DNA of 64,000 bases from an uncultured Aminicenantes bacterium (GCA_965195285.1 CBDAFS010000039.1:64001-128000); one strand, 5' to 3'. Counted from the first letter of the stretch, positions 18,542 through 27,672 are shown. A program made the numbers and translations. The notes: generated from the sequence alone by a model not told the origin.

Positions 18542-19176
18542 ATAAGCAACTAAAAAAATCAAGAAGAATCTTAATAAAAAATTGGGATAAATATAAAAGA
18601 GATTTCATCTGGAGATACTTTAAAGATCCTTATAAAATAATGATTGCTGAATTTATGCTCCAGAGGACAAAAGCCCCTCAGGTAGAACCGGTATATAAAA
18701 ACTTTCTGGAAAAGTATCCTGATGTTTTCATTCTTTCTAGAGCAAAACATAAATCAATTTCAAAATTTACTACAAATCTAGGATTACATGGGAGAAGCCG
18801 GAACTTTATTGAAGCTTCGAAATTTATAATAAAAAAATATACTGGTAATTTCCCATCTACCAGAAAAGAATTGTTAAAAATTCCGGGTATCGGTGATTAT
18901 GTTGCTGGAACTATTCTTACAATATGCTTTAATAAACAGGAATATGTTATAGATAGTAATATTGCCAGATTCATTAATCGTTTTTGGGGCTTAAATTTAT
19001 CAGGAGAAATAAGAAGAAAAAAAATAATAATCTCACTTGCAACAGAATTGTTTAAATATAAAAATACAAGAGATTTATTATTCTGCTTATTGGATTTTTC
19101 AGCCTTAATATGTAAACCCCGAAATCCAGTATGCGAAACTTGTGTTTTGAGAAAACCTTGTTTCTTCTATCAATGA
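18538..19176 (+). CDS. HhH-GPD DNA glycosylase with [4Fe-4S] cluster, Mig/T:G-mismatch type
   Basis: RDFIWR, EFMLQRT, HhH PGIGDY, catalytic IDSN, CKPRNPVCETCVLRKPC; lacks the MutY C-terminal domain. Confidence 0.8.
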   Translation: MNKQLKKSRRILIKNWDKYKRDFIWRYFKDPYKIMIAEFMLQRTKAPQVEPVYKNFLEKYPDVFILSRAKHKSISKFTTNLGLHGRSRNFIEASKFIIKKYTGNFPSTRKELLKIPGIGDYVAGTILTICFNKQEYVIDSNIARFINRFWGLNLSGEIRRKKIIISLATELFKYKNTRDLLFCLLDFSALICKPRNPVCETCVLRKPCFFYQ

Positions 19177-20810
19177 GAATCTTTTTCGGTTTTTAGTTTC
19201 TTGTATTTGAAAAAATCTCCGCTTTCGTCGACGATCCGGCGGTACCAGTCTTCCGGGTAACCGGGGTGTTTAACCTTGTTCAACTCATTTTTGACATTGC
19301 CATCCAGGTATTTGAAAATTAAAAACTCACCCAATTTTTTCCAGCTTTTCACCGTCGATTCAGCTATTTTGATTGAATATTTATTGAGGTATTCCCTGGA
19401 CAGTTGCGAAGACTTTTTATAAAGCTCCAAAGCCGCTTTTTCAATCTCCGGCTGATTGGACATGAAATTTCCTTCCAGCTGACGCTGGACTCTTTGTATA
19501 TCCTGAATCATATCCGAATATCGTGAATAAGCATAATTCGAGACAAAGTTGAAGACCCAGAAAGCCGAATCCCAGTTGAAATGATTGAAATCAGCAGTTC
19601 CCACGGCATAGGCTTTTGGAATCTCGCGGATACTGCAATACATGGGCACATATACAGTGCTATATGTATCATCTACCGAAAACCAGATTATCCCTCCAAC
19701 CACATCCGGAAGCCAGGACCTGGACTGGGTCACAAAAGAAAATCCGGTTTGCTGGGTGGAGGTAGCCCTTTCATTGAAATATTCTACATCATCCACTTTC
19801 CAGGTTAGGGGACGCCAGCGGTAGGGCAATTTATAAGGTCCGGCCCCTACTCCCCGGGTCATATCCAGTTCACTTCCTTCAAAATGATCCCTCATCAGCT
19901 CCATTACATCCCTTACCGATAATTTCTTATCCGGTTTAATCCACAGGGGCATGGGTTGGGCTCCGTCAACTCCCTTGATAAAATCAGATGAAAGATTCAA
20001 GGACGGAGCTACCCGTCTGAACATACTCCAGACTCTGGCTTCACAGAAACGAAGGCCACCGAAATCCAGAGGGGCATAGGCATCGACAAAACTGAAATCT
20101 TCATCCTTTCCTTTAAAATATCCTTTGTCCCTGGCAAATGAAATGACATCCTTGGCATACAGGCAATTTTGTTTATCATTCAAAGGAAACTGCCGGATTC
20201 TGGCCTGATTGGCATGGGCGCAAACATATCCATCCGGAATCAGTCGGGCCACCCAGACTGCCCCTTTGTTATCAGGTCCTTTGCCAATGATCTCCATGAT
20301 CCATACTTCATTCTTATCTGAAATGGAAAACGATTCACCGGAACTGCAATACCCGTATTTTTCAACCAGATCACCAATTATCAATACGCCTTGGCGAGCG
20401 GTTTTGGCCCGCTGAAGCATGATGTACATCAGACTTCCGTAGTCCATAACACCCTTAGGATCCTTCAATTCCTTGCGTCCGCCATAGGTGGTTTCACCGA
20501 TTGCAACCTGATACTCATTGATATTACCGACAACCGAATAGGTCTGTTCAACCTGTTTGATTTTTCCCAAATACTTTCCAGTATCCCATTCATATATATC
20601 CAGAAAAGACCCCTTGATATGACGGGCTGCCGGCGTGTAATACAATTCACCATAGAGGACATGCGAATCTGCCGCATAAGTGATCATGGTACTTCTGTCA
20701 ACTGAAGCGCCCTTGGTAATCAAAAAATTGGTGCATGCCATTAGCTCAAAATCCAACCATAAAACCATTAAAATGAGAATAAATATTGTTTTGAAAATTT
20801 TAGCAATCAT
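19170..20810 (-). CDS. Peptidase family C69 (exported dipeptidase)
   Basis: Signal peptide followed by the N-terminal nucleophile ACTNFLITKGAS...YAADSH; HANQARI; ATG 20810 has a GGAGG RBS. Confidence 0.88.
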   Translation of the reverse strand: MIAKIFKTIFILILMVLWLDFELMACTNFLITKGASVDRSTMITYAADSHVLYGELYYTPAARHIKGSFLDIYEWDTGKYLGKIKQVEQTYSVVGNINEYQVAIGETTYGGRKELKDPKGVMDYGSLMYIMLQRAKTARQGVLIIGDLVEKYGYCSSGESFSISDKNEVWIMEIIGKGPDNKGAVWVARLIPDGYVCAHANQARIRQFPLNDKQNCLYAKDVISFARDKGYFKGKDEDFSFVDAYAPLDFGGLRFCEARVWSMFRRVAPSLNLSSDFIKGVDGAQPMPLWIKPDKKLSVRDVMELMRDHFEGSELDMTRGVGAGPYKLPYRWRPLTWKVDDVEYFNERATSTQQTGFSFVTQSRSWLPDVVGGIIWFSVDDTYSTVYVPMYCSIREIPKAYAVGTADFNHFNWDSAFWVFNFVSNYAYSRYSDMIQDIQRVQRQLEGNFMSNQPEIEKAALELYKKSSQLSREYLNKYSIKIAESTVKSWKKLGEFLIFKYLDGNVKNELNKVKHPGYPEDWYRRIVDESGDFFKYKKLKTEKDSH

Positions 20811-20978
20811 GATTTTTAAAACCTCCTTTGCTTTCAAGTGAATGATCAACGAATTTTGAATACTTAAAAAACGCATCAACTATTTTATCTAAATCAAAAT
20901 CCGAAGTAAAGAAAATAATTTGTTGCAATAGTAAAATATTTACTTTAGAATGAAATATTATTTACATTCATCTTTATC

Positions 20979-22574
20979 ATGAAGAAAATCAAGGGTTATA
21001 ATTTAAAAAAAATTGTTTATCTAGACGGTATACGACTCAGGAATGCAATCCTGTCCAGTCTAGCTTTAATAAAAAATAAAAAGAATTATCTGAATAAAAT
21101 AAATTTTTTTCCCATACCTGATAAAGATGCCGGAACAAATTTTTTCCATACATTGAACTTCATCGTTTCCGAACTATACTTTCTTGAGGATCGTTCGGTT
21201 ACCTTAATGAGCCATCAATTATCCAAATCTGCCCTATCCGCTGCCCAAGGATATTCAGGTACTATTCTGGCCCAGTTCTTTCAAGGTTTTGCCCAGGGAT
21301 TTTCAGGACAGGTCAGAATTTCAACAGTGGATTTTGCGCTTGCTTCACAAAAAGCCTCCAAAGCAGCTTATGCGTCACTCTCCGAACCTATAGAAGGCAC
21401 AATTTTAAGTGTTATGAGAGATTGGGCCAATTCGGTTTCCAAAATCGCCGAACAAACCGATGATTTTGTCGAACTTCTAAATATGAGTTTGCTAGAGGCA
21501 AAACAATCCCTGGCTGAAACAAAAAAAATATTACCGGTTTTGAAAAAGGCCGGTGTGGTTGATGCAGGTGCTCAGGGATTTATTTTTTTACTGGATGGAA
21601 TCCTGAATTTCATAAAAAAAGGAAATTTAAAAGATCTTCGAACTTTATCTCGAAATAATAAATCCAGTCAAGGTCATAAATATGAAAAAAAAATTCACGA
21701 TTATTCAGGTGCTCCGCCAGTAGATGAATTTGGCATCGTGACCGACTCATCGTGTGATCTTCCCGATCATTATTTAATAAATTATCAGATCCATGTAATT
21801 CCACTCAAAATCATATTTGGATCCGAAACCTTTCTGGATAAAGTGCAGATCACTCCAACTGAATTCTATAATAAATCGATCAAATCACCGATACATCCCA
21901 AAACCTCACAACCGTCATTGGCAGATGTCACCCGGCTATTCGATGAGATTGTACCCAAATACAATCATATCCTGTCCATTCACATCCCCCGGGCAATAAG
22001 TGGAACCCTGTCGGTCGTTGAAAAAGCAGCCCAAAAATACGGGAAAAAGATCACCTGCATAGACGGAAAAAATATTTCAGCCGCTTTGGGACTGGTGATC
22101 ATGGAAGCGGTATATGCAATAGAGAAAGATCTATCCCGGGAAAAGGTTATTGATCGAATTGAACAATCAATAGATAATATTAAAATTTTCATTGTTTTGC
22201 CAACGGTAAAATATCTGGTCAAGGGAGGAAGGCTCAGTAAATCCAAGGGATTCATCGGACGTCTGCTTCGGTTGAATCCGATTTTATCTTTTGATACTCG
22301 GGGACATATTGTGCCCCTGTCCAAAGCATTTGGAAACAAAGCAGCCTTGAAAAAAGCATTTAAAATCGTACAACTAGCGGTTAAAGATTATAAGCGAATT
22401 AAATTCATGATTGCCCATGCCAATGCCCCGGTGAAAGCCAGGTGGGTATCGGTCAAGCTGTCCGGATTGTTTCAGCTGCAAGAGGAGATAGAAATTGTTG
22501 AGGTGGCCCCGGTTCTGGGTGTACATGTCGGACCCGGAACCGTTGGATTCGGATTTATCGGTTATCATCAATAA
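20979..22574 (+). CDS. DAK2-DegV fusion (fatty acid kinase FakA/FakB-like)
   Basis: LNKINFFPIPDKDAGTN, EGTILSV, VDAGAQG, then the DegV motifs IVTDSSCDLP, KTSQPS, LVKGGR, HVGPG. Confidence 0.88.
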   Translation: MKKIKGYNLKKIVYLDGIRLRNAILSSLALIKNKKNYLNKINFFPIPDKDAGTNFFHTLNFIVSELYFLEDRSVTLMSHQLSKSALSAAQGYSGTILAQFFQGFAQGFSGQVRISTVDFALASQKASKAAYASLSEPIEGTILSVMRDWANSVSKIAEQTDDFVELLNMSLLEAKQSLAETKKILPVLKKAGVVDAGAQGFIFLLDGILNFIKKGNLKDLRTLSRNNKSSQGHKYEKKIHDYSGAPPVDEFGIVTDSSCDLPDHYLINYQIHVIPLKIIFGSETFLDKVQITPTEFYNKSIKSPIHPKTSQPSLADVTRLFDEIVPKYNHILSIHIPRAISGTLSVVEKAAQKYGKKITCIDGKNISAALGLVIMEAVYAIEKDLSREKVIDRIEQSIDNIKIFIVLPTVKYLVKGGRLSKSKGFIGRLLRLNPILSFDTRGHIVPLSKAFGNKAALKKAFKIVQLAVKDYKRIKFMIAHANAPVKARWVSVKLSGLFQLQEEIEIVEVAPVLGVHVGPGTVGFGFIGYHQ

Positions 22575-22593
22575 TTAAACAAAACAGGAAGGC

Positions 22594-23781
22594 TTAAGTG
22601 GATTTATTAAGTTCCAGACGATTGATGATATGTTGGTATTTCTTTTCAATCACCGGCCAGGAATAGTTGTCCTGAAAAAATTGCACGCCATTTTCACCCA
22701 GCCTGGATCGAATCCCGGGGTTCCCCTGCAACAATAACACAATGGCCTTGAATTCCTCATAATCGGAATACCATAATCCCGCATTGCTGCGTTTGCATTG
22801 ACCCTGGAGTACTTCGGTTCTTCCATTGGCAACCACCGGCTTCCCAATGGCCCAGGCCTCCAATGCCACCATGGAAAGCGACTCAAACTGTGAGGGTATA
22901 ATCAAAAAATCAGATCCTTTCAAGGCATCAAACTTTTCACTGTCAGATACAAATCCCAGATACCTGATTTTCGGGTGATCTGGAATTTCAATCAGTGATT
23001 TCCCCATCAGGACCAGGGTATAATCTATCTTCGTCTCCTCCAAGAATTTTAGATAAAATGAAAGCAGTTCCGGTATTCCCTTGTTTTCATCCAGGCGCCC
23101 GATATAGACAAAATAATTTTCAGGGATTTTGTATTTCTCCCGGAATACCCAAGGCGAAAATGAAGAGGGAATCTCCGAGCCCACACCCACGATATCTCCG
23201 ATTACCGATTCATTTCCCGCCATTTGATTGATCATTGCCTTCTCTTCATGTGAATTGTAAACAATGGCTCCGGGTAAATTAAAAAAATTCTTGAACATCC
23301 TCAAATATATTACATCATCATGTTCGGCAGTGGGAACCAGAATTGATTTTTCCCGAAACCTGGTAATACCTTGAAAAGAATGATAATAACGATATGAGAA
23401 AAAAATGAAATAATCAAATTCCCCTTCCCGGTTCTCCAGTTCTTTGATCAGGGCAGGTACCCTGGGTCCCTCTTCATCCAGCCAGGTTATTTCTTCCTCC
23501 AGGCTGTGTTCGTTGTTGAAAATAAAATTCTGAATTTTCCCGAACCGCTCCGGATCCCGGGTTTGATGGACATTAAAGCGGTTTACCCGGATACCATCCA
23601 CTTGATCCTGACCCGGGGGGAAATGATGCTCCCAAGTAATGTAATCCAGGGCCGTGGTGGTAAAAACTTCAATTGCATAGTATTTTGCCATTTTCTCGGT
23701 AATCAATTTGGCATGATATTCGGCACCCCCATTTATTTCCGAACCGTATCGCTGAACCACAATTGCAATTTTTTTAGCCAT
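22594..23781 (-). CDS. Glycosyltransferase family 4
   Basis: GGAE, YIGRLDENKG, PSQFESLSMVALEAW. Confidence 0.88.
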   Translation of the reverse strand: MAKKIAIVVQRYGSEINGGAEYHAKLITEKMAKYYAIEVFTTTALDYITWEHHFPPGQDQVDGIRVNRFNVHQTRDPERFGKIQNFIFNNEHSLEEEITWLDEEGPRVPALIKELENREGEFDYFIFFSYRYYHSFQGITRFREKSILVPTAEHDDVIYLRMFKNFFNLPGAIVYNSHEEKAMINQMAGNESVIGDIVGVGSEIPSSFSPWVFREKYKIPENYFVYIGRLDENKGIPELLSFYLKFLEETKIDYTLVLMGKSLIEIPDHPKIRYLGFVSDSEKFDALKGSDFLIIPSQFESLSMVALEAWAIGKPVVANGRTEVLQGQCKRSNAGLWYSDYEEFKAIVLLLQGNPGIRSRLGENGVQFFQDNYSWPVIEKKYQHIINRLELNKST

Positions 23782-23845
23782 GATTTAATTATAACACAGT
23801 ACTGGATTCTGTCGAATAATCCATTCCTGGCGGAAAAACAATAGC

Positions 23846-23874
23846 TTTACATTTAACAATAATCTTGCTAAAAT
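23846..23874 (+). promoter_or_regulatory. Sigma70-type promoter of the RiPP cassette
   Basis: TTTACA-17 nt-TAAAAT with an extended -10 TG. Confidence 0.6.
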
Positions 23875-23886
23875 CAAATGATCGTC

Positions 23887-24168
23887 ATGAAACCAACCGC
23901 CAATCCCACGGCCAACCCCACGATAGTACTCAGGGAAGAATTCGACGACTGGGCCATTCTTTTTGATCCCGATACCGGTAACGCTCATGGCATCAACCCG
24001 GTGGGTGTGTTTGTCTGGAAGCATCTGGACGGCCTGCATACTGCCAACCAGATATTGCAGAAGTTGCATGAAAGCTGTGAAACTGTGCCCCAGGATGCTG
24101 AAAAAGATGTAAATGATTTTATTGAGGATCTTGTAAAAAGAGGATATGCCGGATATGAAGCCCGATAA
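23887..24168 (+). CDS. scmD: PqqD-family RiPP recognition element, SynChlorMet ScmD-like
   Basis: NPTIVLREEFDDWAILFDPDTG...GINPVGVFVWKHLDG...DVNDFIEDLVKRG; ATG 23878 is an alternative start. Confidence 0.85.
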   Translation: MKPTANPTANPTIVLREEFDDWAILFDPDTGNAHGINPVGVFVWKHLDGLHTANQILQKLHESCETVPQDAEKDVNDFIEDLVKRGYAGYEAR

Positions 24169-25276
24169 CCTTCATACCTCCATGCGGCTGATGAAGACCC
24201 CGCGAACCGTTGATATTGCTATCACCAACAAGTGCAACCTGCGTTGCACTTACTGCTACCATTTTTCCAGTGCCGGCGATGTTGACGAGGACTTGCCAAA
24301 AGAGGAATGGCTCGGATTTTTCGAAGAATTGAAGCGCTGTGCAGTGATAGATGTTGTTTTGGCCGGTGGCGAGCCTTTCTTCCGCAAGGATTTAAGCGAA
24401 CTGATAGAAGGTATTGTCAAAAACAATATGCGGTTTTCTATCCTCAGTAATGGTACCCTCATTACCGATGAAATCGCCGAATTTCTATCTTCCACGGGAC
24501 GATGTGATTATATTCAGGTTTCCCTTGACGGATCCAAACCTGAAACCCATGATACCTGCCGGGGTAATGGAAATTTTAATCGAGCCATTAAGGGTATCGA
24601 GTGTCTCCGAAAACATTCTGTTAATGTCCAGGTTCGCGCCACGATTCATAAGCATAACGTCACGGATCTTGAGGAAATGGCCCGGTTTTTATTGGAGGAA
24701 ATCGGGCTTGAGAGCTTTTCCACTAATGCCGCTTCCTACATGGGCCTCTTAAGACAACATGTGGAGCAAGTGGGATTAACCGTTGAAGATCGAATGCTGG
24801 CCATGGAGTCCCTTGTCAGGCTAAACAAAAAATATGCCAATCGCATCAACGCCCAAGCCGGACCACTGGCAGAGGCTGCCATGTGGGCCGAAATGAAGAT
24901 CGCCCGCGACCAAGGAAAAAAACAGATTCCCGGTCGAGGGCATCTAACCGCCTGCGGCTGCGTGACGGTGAAAATTGCCGTCCGTGCCGACGGTGCCATT
25001 GTCCCTTGCACCATGCTCAGTCACATGAAACTCGGGCAGATCAATAAGGATGATTTTAAAGCAATCTGGCAAGACCATCCGGAAATGCGAAAAATGAGAG
25101 AACGACGAAATATCCCTTTAAGTGATTTTATATTCTGCCGGGAATGCGAATACATCAATTTCTGCACGGGAAACTGCCCGGGTCTTGCTTACTCGATTGT
25201 CGGGATAGTGAATCATCCGAGCCCGGATGCATGCCTGCGGCGATTTCTTGAGGATGGGGGAAGGCTTCCTTTATAG
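24146..25276 (+). CDS. scmE: Radical SAM/SPASM peptide maturase, ScmE-like
   Basis: MKTPRTVDIAITNKCNLRCTYC, GGEP, SPASM Cys array ending CRECEYINFCTGNCPG...SPDAC. Confidence 0.88.
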   Translation: MPDMKPDNLHTSMRLMKTPRTVDIAITNKCNLRCTYCYHFSSAGDVDEDLPKEEWLGFFEELKRCAVIDVVLAGGEPFFRKDLSELIEGIVKNNMRFSILSNGTLITDEIAEFLSSTGRCDYIQVSLDGSKPETHDTCRGNGNFNRAIKGIECLRKHSVNVQVRATIHKHNVTDLEEMARFLLEEIGLESFSTNAASYMGLLRQHVEQVGLTVEDRMLAMESLVRLNKKYANRINAQAGPLAEAAMWAEMKIARDQGKKQIPGRGHLTACGCVTVKIAVRADGAIVPCTMLSHMKLGQINKDDFKAIWQDHPEMRKMRERRNIPLSDFIFCRECEYINFCTGNCPGLAYSIVGIVNHPSPDACLRRFLEDGGRLPL

Positions 25277-25286
25277 TGAACGATCG

Positions 25287-26414
25287 ATGAGTATCAACAA
25301 AGACCGAAAAGGACGAGCATATCCCTTGAATCAGATATATTTTTACCTGACCAAAGGATGCAACCTGCGCTGCCGTCACTGCTGGATTGCGCCGAAATTT
25401 CAGACCGAAAAGCGTTCCTATCCCGTTCTATCCACGGATCTTTTTCGATCCATCATTGAGCAGGCTAAAATACTGGGCCTTTACGGTGTCAAATTGACCG
25501 GTGGAGAACCCCTGATGCACCCTGATATTCATGAGATTCTCAAGTATATTAAGGAAGAAGATCTTAAACTTACGGTGGAGACCAATGGGATTCTCTGTAC
25601 CCTCGAAATTGCCCAAAAAATGGCGAACTGCAACAATCCATTTGTCTCGGTGAGCCTGGATGGTGCCGATGCCCCAACCCATGAATGGGTGCGCGGAGTT
25701 TCCGGCTGTTTTGAGGAAACTCTTCAAGGCATACGGAATCTTGTTGATGCCGGATTAAAACCCCAAATCATCATGAGCCTCATGCGGCGCAACAAAGATG
25801 AGATGGGGCGTCTTGTACAGCTGGCGGAAAAACTGGGAGCAGAATCGGTCAAATTTAACCTCACCATGCCCATCGCAAGGGGGAAGAAGCTGCATGATAG
25901 CGGAGAGACCCTGACCATTGAAGAGCTTGTAGAGCTGGGCTCGTGGGTGGAGAATACGCTTTCCGCTTCAACCGAACTGCGGCTGGTATACGATCATCCG
26001 ACAGCCTTCCGTCCATTGGGAAAGATGTTTGGAAATAACGGGGATGGATGCAGCCGATGTGGAATCCTTGGCATTCTGGGAGTACTGGCAAATGGATCTT
26101 ATGCCCTTTGCGGTATCGGGGAGAATGTGGCTGAATTGGTTTTTGGGCATGCGGAAACAGAACGCCTGGAGGATATATGGAAAAAGACCGATATTCTAAA
26201 TGAATTACGTGAAGGACTTACAGAGCGCTTCGAAGGGGTCTGTGGAAGTTGTCTCATGAGATACTTGTGCCTGAGAAGCTGTATCGCCCAAAATTATTAC
26301 CAGAACAAGAATCTTTGGGCACCTCATTGGTTTTGTGAAACGGCCAGGGGAAAAGGGCTCTTTCCGAAAACCCGGTTACATTTTTCCAGCTCGAATAACA
26401 ATTTAAATAAGTAA
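25287..26414 (+). CDS. scmF: Radical SAM/SPASM peptide maturase, ScmF-like
   Basis: YPLNQIYFYLTKGCNLRCRHCWIAPKFQ, TGGEP, SPASM CSRCGI...LCGIG...CGSC...CLRSCIAQNYY...FC; likely start ATG 25287. Confidence 0.88.
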   Translation: MSINKDRKGRAYPLNQIYFYLTKGCNLRCRHCWIAPKFQTEKRSYPVLSTDLFRSIIEQAKILGLYGVKLTGGEPLMHPDIHEILKYIKEEDLKLTVETNGILCTLEIAQKMANCNNPFVSVSLDGADAPTHEWVRGVSGCFEETLQGIRNLVDAGLKPQIIMSLMRRNKDEMGRLVQLAEKLGAESVKFNLTMPIARGKKLHDSGETLTIEELVELGSWVENTLSASTELRLVYDHPTAFRPLGKMFGNNGDGCSRCGILGILGVLANGSYALCGIGENVAELVFGHAETERLEDIWKKTDILNELREGLTERFEGVCGSCLMRYLCLRSCIAQNYYQNKNLWAPHWFCETARGKGLFPKTRLHFSSSNNNLNK

Positions 26415-26443
26415 TAGACAATATTGCAAAAGTATAGTATTCT
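26415..26443 (+). promoter_or_regulatory. Candidate internal sigma70 promoter for the precursor peptide gene
   Basis: TAGACA-17 nt-TATTCT, ending 23 nt before ATG 26467. Confidence 0.4.
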
Positions 26444-26466
26444 CAAAGTAGACAAAGATAGCAGCG

Positions 26467-26703
26467 ATGAAATACGAAAAACCATTACTCGTTGAATTGA
26501 ATAATCCGAATATCGCGTATGGACTCTGTGCAAATGGTTCCGGCGACGAAGGGCCTTGTGGATCAGGGACTTCACCAGTTACCAGATGTGTAATCGGTAG
26601 TAACGCTGGCGCGGCTTGTAATTCAGGTAATATCGCGAATAATAACTGTGTGAACGGAAGCTCGGCAGGAGGTCTATGTAACCCTGGCAGCACCGCAAAT
26701 TAA
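26467..26703 (+). CDS. Putative RiPP precursor peptide (78 aa; YEKPxL leader and six CxxG decamer repeats)
   Basis: Cys at residues 21, 31, 41, 51, 61 and 71; G/S/N-rich core; located between the rSAM genes and scmC. Confidence 0.85.
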   Translation: MKYEKPLLVELNNPNIAYGLCANGSGDEGPCGSGTSPVTRCVIGSNAGAACNSGNIANNNCVNGSSAGGLCNPGSTAN

Positions 26704-26774
26704 GAGAACCTCAAACATCCGCCAGCGGTCTTGTATGAAACGATCTGTCAAGCAAAGAAGATGAGAGCCATATA

Positions 26775-27659
26775 ATGGAAGAACCCGAAAAATCCGAACC
26801 AGTGACCGTTCAAAGATCATATCATCTATCATTGAGTGATGGAAACCGATGGTGTTTTTCTGCAGATCACCGCAACACCCATGTGTTAGATAACCTGGCT
26901 CGCATTATGCGACTCAATCAAGGGATCGTAAACGGCTCACCCAGGCTTATTTTCTGCAGTAATGGGTCCAATAGGGGAAAGGGTGCCAACAGGCATACCA
27001 ATACGCATAAGCCCTTTCGGTTTTGGAAACATAACGGTGGACCTGATGTCTTTTGTGAGACAAATGACAACAGAGGACTTGAAATTCAATACTTACATAT
27101 GTGGCATGGCCTTTTGCCTATCTACCGACAAAGTGTTCGTAAGGGAGGACTGGCTATACATGGGGCCTTGACTGAGCTAAACGGCGAAGGATTTTTGATT
27201 ATAGCACCGAGTGGTGGCGGAAAATCAACCTGCTATCACCGGTTTCCTGGTTACTGGCAGCCATTGTGTGATGATGAAGCACTGGTTGTTCTCGACGAGC
27301 AAAAAAAATACCGGGCCCATCCATTTCCAACCTGGAGCGATTATCTTTGGAAACGTTCCCAAAGGACCTGGAATGTTCAGTATTCGGTACCGCTTAAGGG
27401 ATTATTTTTTCTTGAAAAAGCCGACATTGATACAGTCGAATCATTGGGAGAGGGTAAGGCCGTCGTATTAATGAATGCATCGGCCAACCAAGTTTTTGAA
27501 AAATACTATCGAATATTAAATAAAAAAGATCAAAGAACGCTTCGGCAGAGGTTCTTTAAAAATACCTGCCGTATGGCAAAGCAGATTCCGTCGTATCGTC
27601 TGTGTGTCAGCCGTGATGACAAATTTTGGGAAAAGATGGAAAAGGTCCTGGACCGATAA
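26775..27659 (+). CDS. scmC: HPr-kinase-like P-loop protein, SynChlorMet ScmC-like
   Basis: GGLAIHGAL...APSGGGKSTC...LCDDEALV...AHPFPTWSDY. Confidence 0.82.
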   Translation: MEEPEKSEPVTVQRSYHLSLSDGNRWCFSADHRNTHVLDNLARIMRLNQGIVNGSPRLIFCSNGSNRGKGANRHTNTHKPFRFWKHNGGPDVFCETNDNRGLEIQYLHMWHGLLPIYRQSVRKGGLAIHGALTELNGEGFLIIAPSGGGKSTCYHRFPGYWQPLCDDEALVVLDEQKKYRAHPFPTWSDYLWKRSQRTWNVQYSVPLKGLFFLEKADIDTVESLGEGKAVVLMNASANQVFEKYYRILNKKDQRTLRQRFFKNTCRMAKQIPSYRLCVSRDDKFWEKMEKVLDR

Positions 27660-27672
27660 TCAAGGGAAATTA

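Larger units (their letters stand above)
6340..19176. mobile_element. Probable horizontally acquired island (divergent Liv/prenyltransferase operon plus defence operon); no integrase or transposase seen
   Basis: Visibly much more AT-rich from ~9640 to 19170; both ends abut backbone genes tail-to-tail (6 bp gap on the left, 7 bp overlap on the right). Confidence 0.55.

Noticed and set aside
22594-23781. GT4 as a tailoring enzyme of the RiPP cassette
   Set aside because: It is divergently transcribed and resembles ordinary envelope glycosyltransferases; there is no evidence of linkage beyond adjacency.
23893-23922. PTANPTANPT 12-bp tandem duplication at the ScmD N-terminus
   Set aside because: A real short in-frame duplication, but with no evident functional meaning.
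26403-26693. Antisense 96-aa ORF over the precursor gene
   Set aside because: A shadow of the plus-strand peptide, which has the leader motif, periodicity and operon orientation.
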